From Eubacteriales bacterium (lineage in GTDB: Bacteria; Bacillota; Clostridia; Oscillospirales; CAG-272): a stretch of 64,000 bases of DNA. Below the pieces are notes generated by a model. It saw only the letters and a program-made list of their open reading frames with translations, was not told the DNA's origin and searched no databases. The DNA lies in the NCBI GenBank assembly GCA_045658565.1, contig JAZOVF010000031.1:128222-192221 (forward strand), written 5' to 3'. Made by a program: the position numbers and the translations under genes. This document shows positions 40,130 to 48,958 of this stretch, in pieces; position 1 is the first letter of the stretch; each line of letters starts with the position of its first letter.

Positions 40130-40927
40130 TTCCTCGGTATAGTTATAAACGTAAGTTGCAGAGTCAAGACCGGGGTTTGTATTACTTATGTCTATTTTTA
40201 GCCAATCAGCTTCGCTTCCTTCGTAATAAATAGTTAAATCGTCAGAACCGGATATTGCATGGCCTTGGATAGTTGTAACGTTTTTTGAAATATAGAACTT
40301 TTCAATATCGCTTCCCGAAAAGCCGTCATCATAAATTGCTTCGATTCCATCGGGTATAGCAAAGGATTTAAGTGCCAAGCAACCCTGAAAAGCTTTATAG
40401 CCAATATATGAAATGCTTGCGGGGATCTCAATGCTCTCCAATCCTCTGCAACTGTTAAAGGCAAAAATACCGGTTTTTGTAACTCCGTATGGAATTATCA
40501 CTTTCTTTATGCTTTCACGTAAGATAAAAGCCCATTCGCCTATGGCGGTAACCTTGTAGCCGTCTATCTTTGCAGGGATTATCATCACGTCACCGTCAAA
40601 CTCGCCCATACCTGTTACCGTGCAACTCGTCTGATCGGCATTTACCTCATAAGTAAGTCCGTTAGTGCCGAGATAGGGTATATTCTCCTCTGCTATCTTC
40701 TCGTAGCAACGGGTACATTCCTTATATCTATAGCCTTCTGCGTCGATGGTAGGCTCGGTTTTAACGATCCAATCGCCCTCTTCGTGGTCGAGAGCTTTGA
40801 CATAGCCTTGTGGCTTGATGATCTCTGGGCATACCGAGCAATGAATTCCTTCGGTAATACCGTCTTCCGTGCAGGTCGCTTCCTTTCCCGGGGTGGTAAC
40901 TACCTCGGTGTGGTCGCAGGTTATCAC
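40127..40927 (-). CDS. BspA-type leucine-rich-repeat / Cys-motif protein fragment, probably a 5'-truncated gene remnant
   Basis: LRR blocks (..I..WAF....I..V.IP..V..IG..AF) and CxxC modules are present. There is no ATG, no signal peptide and no SD. The frame stays open upstream to 41035 and abuts a terminator. Confidence 0.5.
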   Translation of the reverse strand: MITCDHTEVVTTPGKEATCTEDGITEGIHCSVCPEIIKPQGYVKALDHEEGDWIVKTEPTIDAEGYRYKECTRCYEKIAEENIPYLGTNGLTYEVNADQTSCTVTGMGEFDGDVMIIPAKIDGYKVTAIGEWAFILRESIKKVIIPYGVTKTGIFAFNSCRGLESIEIPASISYIGYKAFQGCLALKSFAIPDGIEAIYDDGFSGSDIEKFYISKNVTTIQGHAISGSDDLTIYYEGSEADWLKIDISNTNPGLDSATYVYNYTEE

Positions 40928-41035
40928 GCGTGTAAATTCGCATACGTTACAGTTGGAGTCATATTCATTGGCGAAGATGTGTTCGGATTCCGCAACAGCA
41001 TCGCTCTCCTTTTCACTCTTTCTTTTCGATGATAA

Positions 41036-41066
41036 TTAAAAAGGTGCGCGACGTGAGCCACGCACC
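41036..41066 (-). terminator. intrinsic terminator (minus strand)
   Basis: Stem GGTGCG/CGCACC (41043-41048 / 41061-41066), followed by TTTTT on the minus strand. Confidence 0.6.
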
Positions 41067-41085
41067 GAAAAACGTAGCTCCATTG

Positions 41086-41209
41086 CTACCACACAAATTG
41101 ACTTTTATTTCGCTATAGAAAAAGCGTACTAAAATGGAGCGTACATTTTTACCGAGAAAGTAAAAAGGTACACTTATAGTGTGGCGGTGATATTCAATTT
41201 GTGTGGTAG
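41086..41209. repeat. perfect 16-bp inverted repeat flanking 92 bp
   Basis: CTACCACACAAATTGA (41086-41101) pairs with TCAATTTGTGTGGTAG (41194-41209). A partial third copy, TACCACAATTTT, lies at 41218. Confidence 0.6.
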
Positions 41210-41289
41210 TTTAGTTTTACCACAATTTTACGTGTTTGTAAAGTGTTTTGCAAAATTAATGTTTTATAAATGATGATTTTAACATAAAA

Positions 41290-41416
41290 CGGACCGTCGA
41301 GGACGCCGGTCCCTACAATCAGAGCATACATTTCGCAAAATGGATATGTAAATTCTAACAAATCCTTGGCACAATTTGCATGTACAATTGTAGGGACCAG
41401 CGTCCCTGACGGTCCG
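41290..41416. repeat. REPIN/BIME-like element: two inverted 30-nt GTAG-type REP units around a 67-bp spacer
   Basis: Arms at 41290-41319 and 41387-41416 are complementary at 27/30 positions. Each arm is ATTGTAG followed by its own GGACC...GGTCC palindrome. Confidence 0.62.
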
Positions 41417-41538
41417 AGATATGAATTATCAATGGTTTTTAATATACCGACCTTAACAGATAAATATATCTTCTGGATTTGATATATATATCTATCAGTG
41501 TTCGGTATGTGCCTTCCGGCACGAGATTGAAAGAATTA

Positions 41539-42489
41539 TTATACTACTATATTTTCTTCAAAAAATTCCTTTGCTTCCTTTATGTAAAGCTCTTGATTTA
41601 CAGGGAAAGCAAGGCCGTGACCCGCTCCGTTGATTGTAATAAATTTTTTCGGTGCAGCACATACTTTGAAGTTTTCTTCGCTCATGTAGTGAGGAACGAA
41701 TGCATCATCGTCACCGTGGAAGAAGATTGTAGGGATTTTTGATTTTTTTACAGCCTCTATCGGTGAAATTTCCTCAAGGTTAAATCCTCCGAATATTCTT
41801 GCACCGAGCTTAACAAACGGATAGAGAATATCGGCAGGCAACTTCATATCGCGGATAACCTTTTTGATTATTTCCTTAGCAGATGTATAACCGCAATCTG
41901 CTAAAATTCCAACAATATTTTCGGGCAGAGCTTGTCCTGCGGCTATGAGAACCGTTGATGCGCCCATTGAGATGCCTGTTAAAATAATTTTGGCATCAGG
42001 GTCAATTTCTTTTATAACAAAGTCGATCCAGCGAAGGACATCTCGGTATTCTCTGACGCCGAAGGTAACTACTTTGCCGTCGCTTCGTCCTGCGCCTCTG
42101 TGGTCAACAACAAGTGCGCTGTGTCCGAGAGCTGCGGCTCTTGCAATTCCTCCGCTCATATCTCTTTCGGCATTGCCGTGGTAGCCGTGGAACATTATTT
42201 CTATAATTGCTCCGGGGGCATATTCGTAATATTTTCCTCTGAGAGTCAGACCGTCAAAGGATTTTATCTCCACATCTTTATGGGGTGTGTTACGGGCTGA
42301 ATTTACCCAGGCTTCCATTTCTTTACGGTATACTTCGTAAATCTCTCCGTCGGGAATTTCAATTTTTCCATTCTTATTTTCCTTACGCTTCGGGGAATAA
42401 AAGATAATGAAAAAGCAGACTAATGATGTGCCGAGTATAATAACGGTTAGGGCTGAAATAAAAATTAAAGCAATATATAATGGATTCAA
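41539..42489 (-). CDS. alpha/beta hydrolase with N-terminal membrane anchor
   Basis: N-terminal TM helix, a GISMGAS nucleophile elbow, and HG..D and GAGH regions. Confidence 0.8.
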   Translation of the reverse strand: MNPLYIALIFISALTVIILGTSLVCFFIIFYSPKRKENKNGKIEIPDGEIYEVYRKEMEAWVNSARNTPHKDVEIKSFDGLTLRGKYYEYAPGAIIEIMFHGYHGNAERDMSGGIARAAALGHSALVVDHRGAGRSDGKVVTFGVREYRDVLRWIDFVIKEIDPDAKIILTGISMGASTVLIAAGQALPENIVGILADCGYTSAKEIIKKVIRDMKLPADILYPFVKLGARIFGGFNLEEISPIEAVKKSKIPTIFFHGDDDAFVPHYMSEENFKVCAAPKKFITINGAGHGLAFPVNQELYIKEAKEFFEENIVV

Positions 42490-42626
42490 GGTGACACTCC
42501 AAATTTTTATATATTATTTTACCATTGTAGAATCTTAATTTCAATGCAATAATGTAATTTAATTGTAAAAAAATGTTGATTTTGTTTACAGAATAGTGTA
42601 TAATGTCAAAGAATGGAGAGTTACAT

Positions 42627-43910
42627 ATGAACATTTTACCCGATTACAAGAACAAAAAGAAATACAAAACTGCAAAATATCCCATACGTCAGCCTATATA
42701 TTTAACCTTACTTATATGGGTGCTTTCTTTTTTTGCACTTCTATTTAAGCGGCATAAGGTTGAGAAAGTTAATATGGAGGGGTTAAAGCCGCCGTATTTT
42801 ATGCTGTCAAACCATATGTCCTTTATTGACTTTGAGCTTGCTGCTCTCGGTACTTTTCCTCACAGAGTAAACAATGTAGTTAATATAGACGGCTATCACA
42901 AGCGAGCTTGGCTTATGGAGTGGATTGGCGCTATATGTACAAGAAAGTTTACTATGGATATTCACCTTATAAAGTCTATACGCAAGGTGCTGGAGCGTGG
43001 GGATGTTCTCGGACTTTATCCCGAGGCAAGATATTCTCCTGTTGGTATTACATCCTATATTCCCGAATCTCTCGGAATGCTGGTTAAGAAAAACAGGGTG
43101 CCTGTTGTTGCCGTTTTGCACAGAGGAAACCACCTTTTGTCTCCCGCCTGGAATTTTAGAAAAAAGCGTAAGGTTCCGCTTTATACAACCTTGACACAGA
43201 TACTTACCACGGAGGACATTGATAAAATGTCTGTTCCTGAAATTAACGAAAAAATAAGAAATGCGCTTAGCTACAATGAATATGAATATCAGAAGGAAAA
43301 CGGCATTCTTATAAAGGAGAAATATAGGGCCGAAGGACTGCACAAGATTCTTTACACCTGTCCGGAGTGCGGAAAGGAGGCCATGGCCTCCGAGGGGGCT
43401 GAGATATTCTGTACCGAGTGTAAGAAGCGTTGGACTCTTCTTGAGGACGGCGGCATTAAGGCAAATTACGGAAATACAAGGTTTGATTCTGTTCCTTTGT
43501 GGTTTGAGTGGGAGAGAAAAATTGTTGAAAAAGAAGTGGAGCAGGGGATTTATCGCTTTGAAGATGAGGTTGAGGTTTACTCTATGCCGAGGACAAACGG
43601 CTTTGTCAGTCTGGGGGACGCCCGTCTTACCCATGACCCTGAAAAGGGATTTGTCTTAAAGGGAGTGTATAACGATAAGGAGTATATAATTACCAGAGCA
43701 CCCTTGCAGACAAACAGCCTCCATGTTGAATATGACTGGTTCAGAATAAAGTGCGATGACTGTATTGATATTTCAACCGAGGATGACTCGTTCTATTGTT
43801 ATTTCAAAACAAAAAAGAATGTTGTTACAAAGTTGGCTCTGGCAACCGAGGTTATATATCAAAAGCAAATGGAAAAACAGCAAAGGAATGCTTGTAGCAG
43901 TAGAAATTAA
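42627..43910 (+). CDS. PlsC-type (lysophospholipid) [15 protein letters not shown] with C-terminal zinc-ribbon domain
   Basis: NHMSFIDF (HX4D) and YPEARYSP blocks, plus CPECG...CTECKKRW. ATG at 42627 follows GGAGAG. Confidence 0.72.
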   Translation: MNILPDYKNKKKYKTAKYPIRQPIYLTLLIWVLSFFALLFKRHKVEKVNMEGLKPPYFMLSNHMSFIDFELAALGTFPHRVNNVVNIDGYHKRAWLMEWIGAICTRKFTMDIHLIKSIRKVLERGDVLGLYPEARYSPVGITSYIPESLGMLVKKNRVPVVAVLHRGNHLLSPAWNFRKKRKVPLYTTLTQILTTEDIDKMSVPEINEKIRNALSYNEYEYQKENGILIKEKYRAEGLHKILYTCPECGKEAMASEGAEIFCTECKKRWTLLEDGGIKANYGNTRFDSVPLWFEWERKIVEKEVEQGIYRFEDEVEVYSMPRTNGFVSLGDARLTHDPEKGFVLKGVYNDKEYIITRAPLQTNSLHVEYDWFRIKCDDCIDISTEDDSFYCYFKTKKNVVTKLALATEVIYQKQMEKQQRNACSSRN

Positions 43911-44150
43911 GTTGTAAAATTGTCAAAACGATACATAATAAAGAATTTTTTTAGTGTATTTTATATTAAATTAAAAATTATATAAAAAAACTTCTATTTA
44001 TTCATACTTTAGACACAAATATCTGCTATAATAAACGCCGTTTTGATATATGAGAACCAAATAAAAATCTTTTAATATTATGACTATTATGTAGGCCCTG
44101 TCAGAATAAAAGATTCAAGGTTTGGAACAATAAAAAATCGGAGGTGCACT

Positions 44151-44486
44151 ATGGTTTTTGAAAATCTTGAAGTTTTACACAGATCCTTTGGTCTTGGCAA
44201 GATAGTTTCAAAAAGCGAACAGTATATTACTGTTAAATTTGAATCCTGCGAGAAGGTTTTTGTTTATCCTGATATTTTTGAGAGATTTCTTACTCTTGCA
44301 GACGGAACTGTGAGTGATGAAATAATCGCTGACCTTAATGCGGTTAAAGCGGTGAAGCAGAAAATTCTTGATAAAAAGACCGAAGAAAATTTTCGCGCTA
44401 TGACACGCGGCATCGTTATCCCCGGTAAAGAAAGTGTTAATTCCGAGGGTGAAGAGGAAGAGTCAAGCGAAAAAAATGTTGAATAA
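44151..44486 (+). CDS. hypothetical protein (111 aa, acidic tail)
   Basis: Strong GGAGGTG ribosome-binding site. The N-terminal V.H..FG.GKIV....YITVKF pattern resembles small Tudor/DUF3553-like domains. Confidence 0.5.
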   Translation: MVFENLEVLHRSFGLGKIVSKSEQYITVKFESCEKVFVYPDIFERFLTLADGTVSDEIIADLNAVKAVKQKILDKKTEENFRAMTRGIVIPGKESVNSEGEEEESSEKNVE

Positions 44487-44599
44487 CATAAGAATTATGG
44501 GGTGCTTTTTTGAGAAAGTATCCCTTTTTCTTTTTTCTCTTGACTATAAGACAAAAAAAGACTATAATATAATAGATAAATAAATGAAAGTGATTTACT

Positions 44600-46048
44600 A
44601 TGATTATTAAGGGCTATATTTTCAGCATACTTTATGTACTGATATGTGTTGCCGGTGCACTGATTTTACATAAAATAGGTGTGCCTAAAAAATACACACG
44701 TAAGTTTGTGCATATTTTTGTGGGATTTGAGTGGGTTATTCTTAACCATTTCTTCGGTCCGTCTTTGCACTTTACTATTGTTTGCATATTGTTTACACTT
44801 CTTTTGGCAATTGATTATAAGCTAAAGCTGGTGTCTGCCATGTCCTCTGACGGAGATAACGCACCGGGTACGGTTTATTATGCTATTGCTATGACGGTTT
44901 TGTCTATTGTATCCTTGTTTGAGCCAAGGATGATGCTGCCATTTGGAATTGCTGTTTTTTGCACGTCTTTCGGTGACGGACTTGCAGGTGTTTTGGGACA
45001 GGCTGTAAAGAAGCATAACCCTAAAGTATATGGCTCAAAATCAATTATCGGAACCTTAACAAACTTTTTTGTTTGCTTTTTTGTACCCTTTGCATTCGGA
45101 TATTTTTATGACTACCCGATAGAGCTTTGGCATTGCCTTATTATTGCGATTTTTGCCGCTGAGATAGAGCTTTTTGTGTCAAAGGGACTTGATAATATTG
45201 TATTAACGCTTTCTGTAGCTCTTCTTTCATTCCTGCTTGCATTTTATCCTGTAATTAACGGTTATCTTGTGGCGATAATGCTTACCCCCCTTATAATTGC
45301 TCTTGCATACAGTAAAAAAGCGCTTACGGTGGGTGGAATTGTACTCGCCGTTATTATGGATATTATAATCACGGTTTCACTCGGCAACTTTGGATTTTGC
45401 GTTCTGGTTACTTTCTTTCTCGGTAGCATCATTGTTGACAAAATTAAAAAATCCAGAAAAAAAAGAAAGCAGAATAAAAATCTTGATATAGAAAAGCGTG
45501 GTGACTGCCGCGATGTTGTTCAGGTTTTTGCCAATGGCGGTATTGCTATGGTTGCGGCGTTATGTTATTTTGTAAGCGGTGAGAGACTGTTTGTTTTTGC
45601 GTTTTGTGCGTCGCTTTGCGAGGCTTTTGCCGATACGGTTGCCTCGGGTCTTGGCTTTTTTGCAAAAAATACATATGATGTTTTCAGATTTAAAAGATGC
45701 GAGAGCGGTCTCAGCGGCGGAATGTCGCTTCTCGGTACATTCTCAAGCATTGTAGCCTCATCGCTTGTTGCATTGGTTGTTTTTCTCTTCGGAGAGGTTG
45801 ATACCCTCGGCTTTGTAATAATTCTTCTTTCGGGATTTGCAGGCGGTGTCTTTGACAGTATGTTAGGCTCGGTCTTGCAGGTGAAATTTAAGTGTCCTAA
45901 ATGCGGCAGAGTTGTTGAGAGAGAAGAGCACTGCGGTACTAAAACAGAAAAATACCGTGGAATAAGGCTTGTTAACAACGATACTGTAAATTTCTTCAGT
46001 ACGCTTTTTGCAGCCGCTTTGGCAGTAGTTTTTTATCTGTTTGTATAA
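44600..46048 (+). CDS. fusion membrane protein: dolichol/phytol-kinase-like (COG0170) N-terminal half + DUF92/TMEM19 (COG1836) C-terminal half
   Basis: N-terminal half has TRKFVHI..G and FGDGLAGVLG...KS.IGT. C-terminal half has QVFANGG, AFADTVASGLG, SGGMSLLGT and CPKCG...HCG. Confidence 0.7.
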   Translation: MIIKGYIFSILYVLICVAGALILHKIGVPKKYTRKFVHIFVGFEWVILNHFFGPSLHFTIVCILFTLLLAIDYKLKLVSAMSSDGDNAPGTVYYAIAMTVLSIVSLFEPRMMLPFGIAVFCTSFGDGLAGVLGQAVKKHNPKVYGSKSIIGTLTNFFVCFFVPFAFGYFYDYPIELWHCLIIAIFAAEIELFVSKGLDNIVLTLSVALLSFLLAFYPVINGYLVAIMLTPLIIALAYSKKALTVGGIVLAVIMDIIITVSLGNFGFCVLVTFFLGSIIVDKIKKSRKKRKQNKNLDIEKRGDCRDVVQVFANGGIAMVAALCYFVSGERLFVFAFCASLCEAFADTVASGLGFFAKNTYDVFRFKRCESGLSGGMSLLGTFSSIVASSLVALVVFLFGEVDTLGFVIILLSGFAGGVFDSMLGSVLQVKFKCPKCGRVVEREEHCGTKTEKYRGIRLVNNDTVNFFSTLFAAALAVVFYLFV

Positions 46049-46053
46049 GAAAA

Positions 46054-46075
46054 GGGTCGCTCGATTGAGCGACCC
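46054..46075 (+). terminator. hairpin after the fusion gene (weak T-tract)
   Basis: Stem GGGTCGCTC/GAGCGACCC. Confidence 0.45.
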
Positions 46076-46186
46076 TCATTGTAATTTTAGATAAATTTAA
46101 TACTAAATCCGCAACATCTGCTAAGAAATAATGAATTTATCTGAAATTACCTGCAAATCGGAAAGGAGAAGGTTTTGGACTAAAAA

Positions 46187-46387
46187 TTAGCCGTTGTTCT
46201 TGATAGAGTTCTCGTAAGACTCTACCATCTTCTTAACCATCTGTCCACCAACAGAACCAGCCTGACGAGAGGTAAGGTCACCGTTGTAACCCTGCTTAAG
46301 GGTAACACCAACCTCGTTTGCTGCCTCCATCTTGAACTTATCAAGTGCGGCTCTTGCTTCGGGAACGTTTACTTTGCTCTTAGACAT
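46187..46387 (-). CDS. alpha/beta-type small acid-soluble spore protein
   Basis: 66 aa, with ...AL.KFK.E.A.E.GV....GYNG.LTSRQAG.VGG.MVK.MV... Confidence 0.9.
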   Translation of the reverse strand: MSKSKVNVPEARAALDKFKMEAANEVGVTLKQGYNGDLTSRQAGSVGGQMVKKMVESYENSIKNNG

Positions 46388-46592
46388 AAGAATTAAATCT
46401 CCTTGTTTCTTTTAAAAAATCTATATTATTGAGCCCGAAGAGTTCGTTGCCCGTCGGGCTCCGTTCTCTTGACTCTGTTATTATTGTATCTCCGAATTCA
46501 GAAAAAACACATAGAAAAAAGTGGAAAATTTATTGCTTTTGTCTTTATCGGGTGATATAATGATTGTATTAACTTAAAGGAAGAAAGGTTAT

Positions 46593-47096
46593 ATGAATTT
46601 TGTTTTTCGCGAGGCTGAAGCTAAGGATGCACAGGCACTTGTAGAATATATAAGCATCGTTGGCGGTGAAACAGATAATCTCTCCTACGGCAAAGATACT
46701 TTTAAGATGACGGCAGACAGGGAAGCTCGCTTTATTGAAAGGTTTAAGCAGTCGGAGAAAAATATTATGCTCGTGGCTCTTGACGGTGACAAAATAGTTG
46801 CAAATGCCTCTCTCGAAGCAAACAGGGTAGAGAGATATTCTCACCGCTCCGAGCTTTCGATTACAGTTCTTCGGGAATACTGGGGCAGAGGAGTCGGCTC
46901 CCGTCTTATGGAAATGATGATTGATTTTGCAAAAAGTGTGGGAACAGAGATAATATATCTTGAAGCCAGGGCAGACAACGAGCGTGCTTTAGCGCTTTAT
47001 CGTAAGTTTGGATTTGAGAAAAACTGCGATATAAAAAGATTTTTCAAAATAGACGGCAAATATTATGATGCCACGGTCATGACTCTTTATTTGTAA
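46593..47096 (+). CDS. GNAT-family N[17 protein letters not shown]
   Basis: WGRGVGSRLM acetyl-CoA loop. Product is 167 aa. Confidence 0.85.
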   Translation: MNFVFREAEAKDAQALVEYISIVGGETDNLSYGKDTFKMTADREARFIERFKQSEKNIMLVALDGDKIVANASLEANRVERYSHRSELSITVLREYWGRGVGSRLMEMMIDFAKSVGTEIIYLEARADNERALALYRKFGFEKNCDIKRFFKIDGKYYDATVMTLYL

Positions 47097-47189
47097 AATC
47101 CATCAAAAAATGTCAAAATAAGCGACCTATCATATAATGTTAGAGAGCGATAACACGCTCACCTTTGTTAAAAATAAAAGGAGATACAA

Positions 47190-48041
47190 ATGGCAACATT
47201 CTATAATCAGGCATCGCTTAGCTTGGGCGGCTCGGTTATCAACTCAAATATTACAGAGGGAGAGATAGTCTCGGGCATCAGCCTTACAAAGACTGCGGCA
47301 ACCGCAGACTACGGTCTCGGCGACGGAATAACCTATGTGGTTTCTATCGTTAATAACGGTGTTACCGAATATACCGGACTTACTCTTATTGATAACCTTG
47401 GCAGATTTACCGCTCCGGGCGGTATCGAGGTTGTGCCCTTAACCTTTGTTGAGGGGTCGGTACTCTATTATATTGACGGAGTGCTCCAGCCCACACCTAC
47501 AGCAGAGGTAAACGGACAGCTTGTAATAAGCGGAATTAACGTTCCTGCGGGTGGCAATGCTACTGTAATTTATGAGGCAAGAGCAAATGGCTTTGCTCCT
47601 CTTGGCGCGGGTGCTTCGATAACAAATACTGTTACGGCAGGCGGCACATCATGCGAGCTTTCTGATACGGCAACAGTACCCACACGCGATGAGCCTTCTC
47701 TTACAATATCAAAGTCGGTTTGTCCTCAGGTTGTTACCTGCTCGGGCGAGGTGACATATACCATAGTTGTACAGAACTCGGGCAATACTGCGGTTGTGGC
47801 AACAGACAATCTTATTGTAAGCGACATGTTTAATCCTATCCTTTCGGATGTTGAGGTAACAATCAACGGCGAAGCCGTAGCAGAGGGAACAGGCTACACC
47901 TATAATGCTGAGACGGGTGCATTTGCAACACTTCCCGGCGCTGTGCCTGTACCTGCGGCAACCTTTACCCGAGACCCTGTAACCGGACTCATAACTACTA
48001 CTCCCGGTGTTGCGGTAATTACCGTGACGGGTAATGTTTAA
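47190..48041 (+). CDS. DUF11 (conserved repeat domain) protein, two repeats, no signal peptide
   Basis: Two copies of LTK(T/S)....(G)D.ITY...V.N.G.......L...D motifs. Strong AAAGGAG ribosome-binding site. Confidence 0.62.
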   Translation: MATFYNQASLSLGGSVINSNITEGEIVSGISLTKTAATADYGLGDGITYVVSIVNNGVTEYTGLTLIDNLGRFTAPGGIEVVPLTFVEGSVLYYIDGVLQPTPTAEVNGQLVISGINVPAGGNATVIYEARANGFAPLGAGASITNTVTAGGTSCELSDTATVPTRDEPSLTISKSVCPQVVTCSGEVTYTIVVQNSGNTAVVATDNLIVSDMFNPILSDVEVTINGEAVAEGTGYTYNAETGAFATLPGAVPVPAATFTRDPVTGLITTTPGVAVITVTGNV

Positions 48042-48063
48042 ACTGAACAAGTAAGCAAATTTC

Positions 48064-48097
48064 GGGCTGCTCGAAAGGGCAGCCTTTGTTATTTGTT
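48064..48097 (+). terminator. intrinsic terminator
   Basis: Stem GGCTGC/GCAGCC followed by a T-rich tail. Confidence 0.65.
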
Positions 48098-48165
48098 GTG
48101 ATTTAACCCTTGACTACATTTAAAATATATGATAAAATAAATAAAAAAGATTTTAGGTGAGACAA

Positions 48166-48957
48166 ATGAAATTCGGAATGCCAACACTTGTTGAGTGCCG
48201 TGATATTTTTGAGTGCAGAGATGTGGCCAAAAAGAACGGTCTCGACTTTATTGAAATAAATATGAGCTTCCCTCAGTATCTGCCGAAGGCACTTGATGTT
48301 GATAAGCTGCTTGAAATTACCGAGAATGACGGTATTTCTTATACTATCCATGCAGACGAGATGCTAAATCCCTTTGATTTTAATGATAAGGTTTCGGAGT
48401 GTTATTTTGATGTAATGCGTGATACTATCCGCTTTGCAAAACAAGTTAATATTCCTGTCATCAATATGCATCTTCTTAAGGGTGTCTATGTGACATTGCC
48501 CGGTAAGGTGATTTTGCTCAGCGATGTATATTTTGAAAATTACAAAGAAAAAGTAGGGCAGTTTATAAAAATGTGCGAAGAGGAGATTGGTAACTCACCT
48601 CTTAAAATAGTTATCGAGAATGTGGACTCAAACCCGTTTACCGAAAGTCAAATCAAGGTTCTTCCTATGTTTTTATCAAGTCCTGTTTTCGGCTTAACAC
48701 TTGATACTGGCCACGAGCTTTGCCTGAATTTTACCGACAGCCACGTTTTTGACGAGTATCCCGAAAAGCTTATACACATGCATCTGCACGATGCTAAGGG
48801 GATGAGTGCGCATTTGCCTTACGGTGACGGTGACGTCGAGGTTGAAAAAAAGCTTTCTATGCTAAAAAGGGGAAACACCTGTCTTATTGAGGTTAAGACT
48901 ATTGAGGGGCTTAAGACCAGTGTAAATTACTTAAAAGAAAAGGGAATAATGAGATAA
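48166..48957 (+). CDS. sugar-phosphate isomerase/epimerase (xylose-isomerase-like TIM barrel) family protein
   Basis: AP-endonuclease-2/TIM-barrel-like pattern (...IEN..., ..LDTGH.., ..HLHD..). ATG at 48166 follows AGGTGAG. Confidence 0.7.
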   Translation: MKFGMPTLVECRDIFECRDVAKKNGLDFIEINMSFPQYLPKALDVDKLLEITENDGISYTIHADEMLNPFDFNDKVSECYFDVMRDTIRFAKQVNIPVINMHLLKGVYVTLPGKVILLSDVYFENYKEKVGQFIKMCEEEIGNSPLKIVIENVDSNPFTESQIKVLPMFLSSPVFGLTLDTGHELCLNFTDSHVFDEYPEKLIHMHLHDAKGMSAHLPYGDGDVEVEKKLSMLKRGNTCLIEVKTIEGLKTSVNYLKEKGIMR

Positions 48958-48958
48958 A

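Noticed and set aside
40101-40135. Hammerhead-ribozyme-like core: hairpin GUCAC-AAA-GUGAC followed by CUGAUGA on the plus strand. The same string occurs in the reverse complement of the 62979 copy.
   Set aside because: Neither copy has a GAAA/stem III segment after a plausible stem II, and neither has a proper cleavage-site context. CUGAUGA alone is too short to be meaningful.
39992-40201. 69-aa ORF (..PLGEVGTAAGFPE..GSCHKVTDEV..) across the REP-like hairpin cluster.
   Set aside because: It is a translation artefact of GC-rich palindromic repeats. It has no ribosome-binding site and runs into the end of the convergent LRR frame.
41367-41380. Sigma-54-like TGGCAC...TTGCA inside the REPIN spacer.
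   Set aside because: The GG-to-GC spacing is 2 nt too short (TGGCAC-N3-TTGCA rather than N5). There is no enhancer-binding protein gene or target gene in a sensible position.
46420-46452. Hairpin GAGCCCG...CGGGCTC just upstream of the SASP gene, considered together with a sigma-G/F-type promoter call.
   Set aside because: I could not align a convincing GAATA/GCATA -35 and CATAATA -10 at correct spacing, so I make no promoter call. The hairpin lacks a clear U-tract in the relevant direction.
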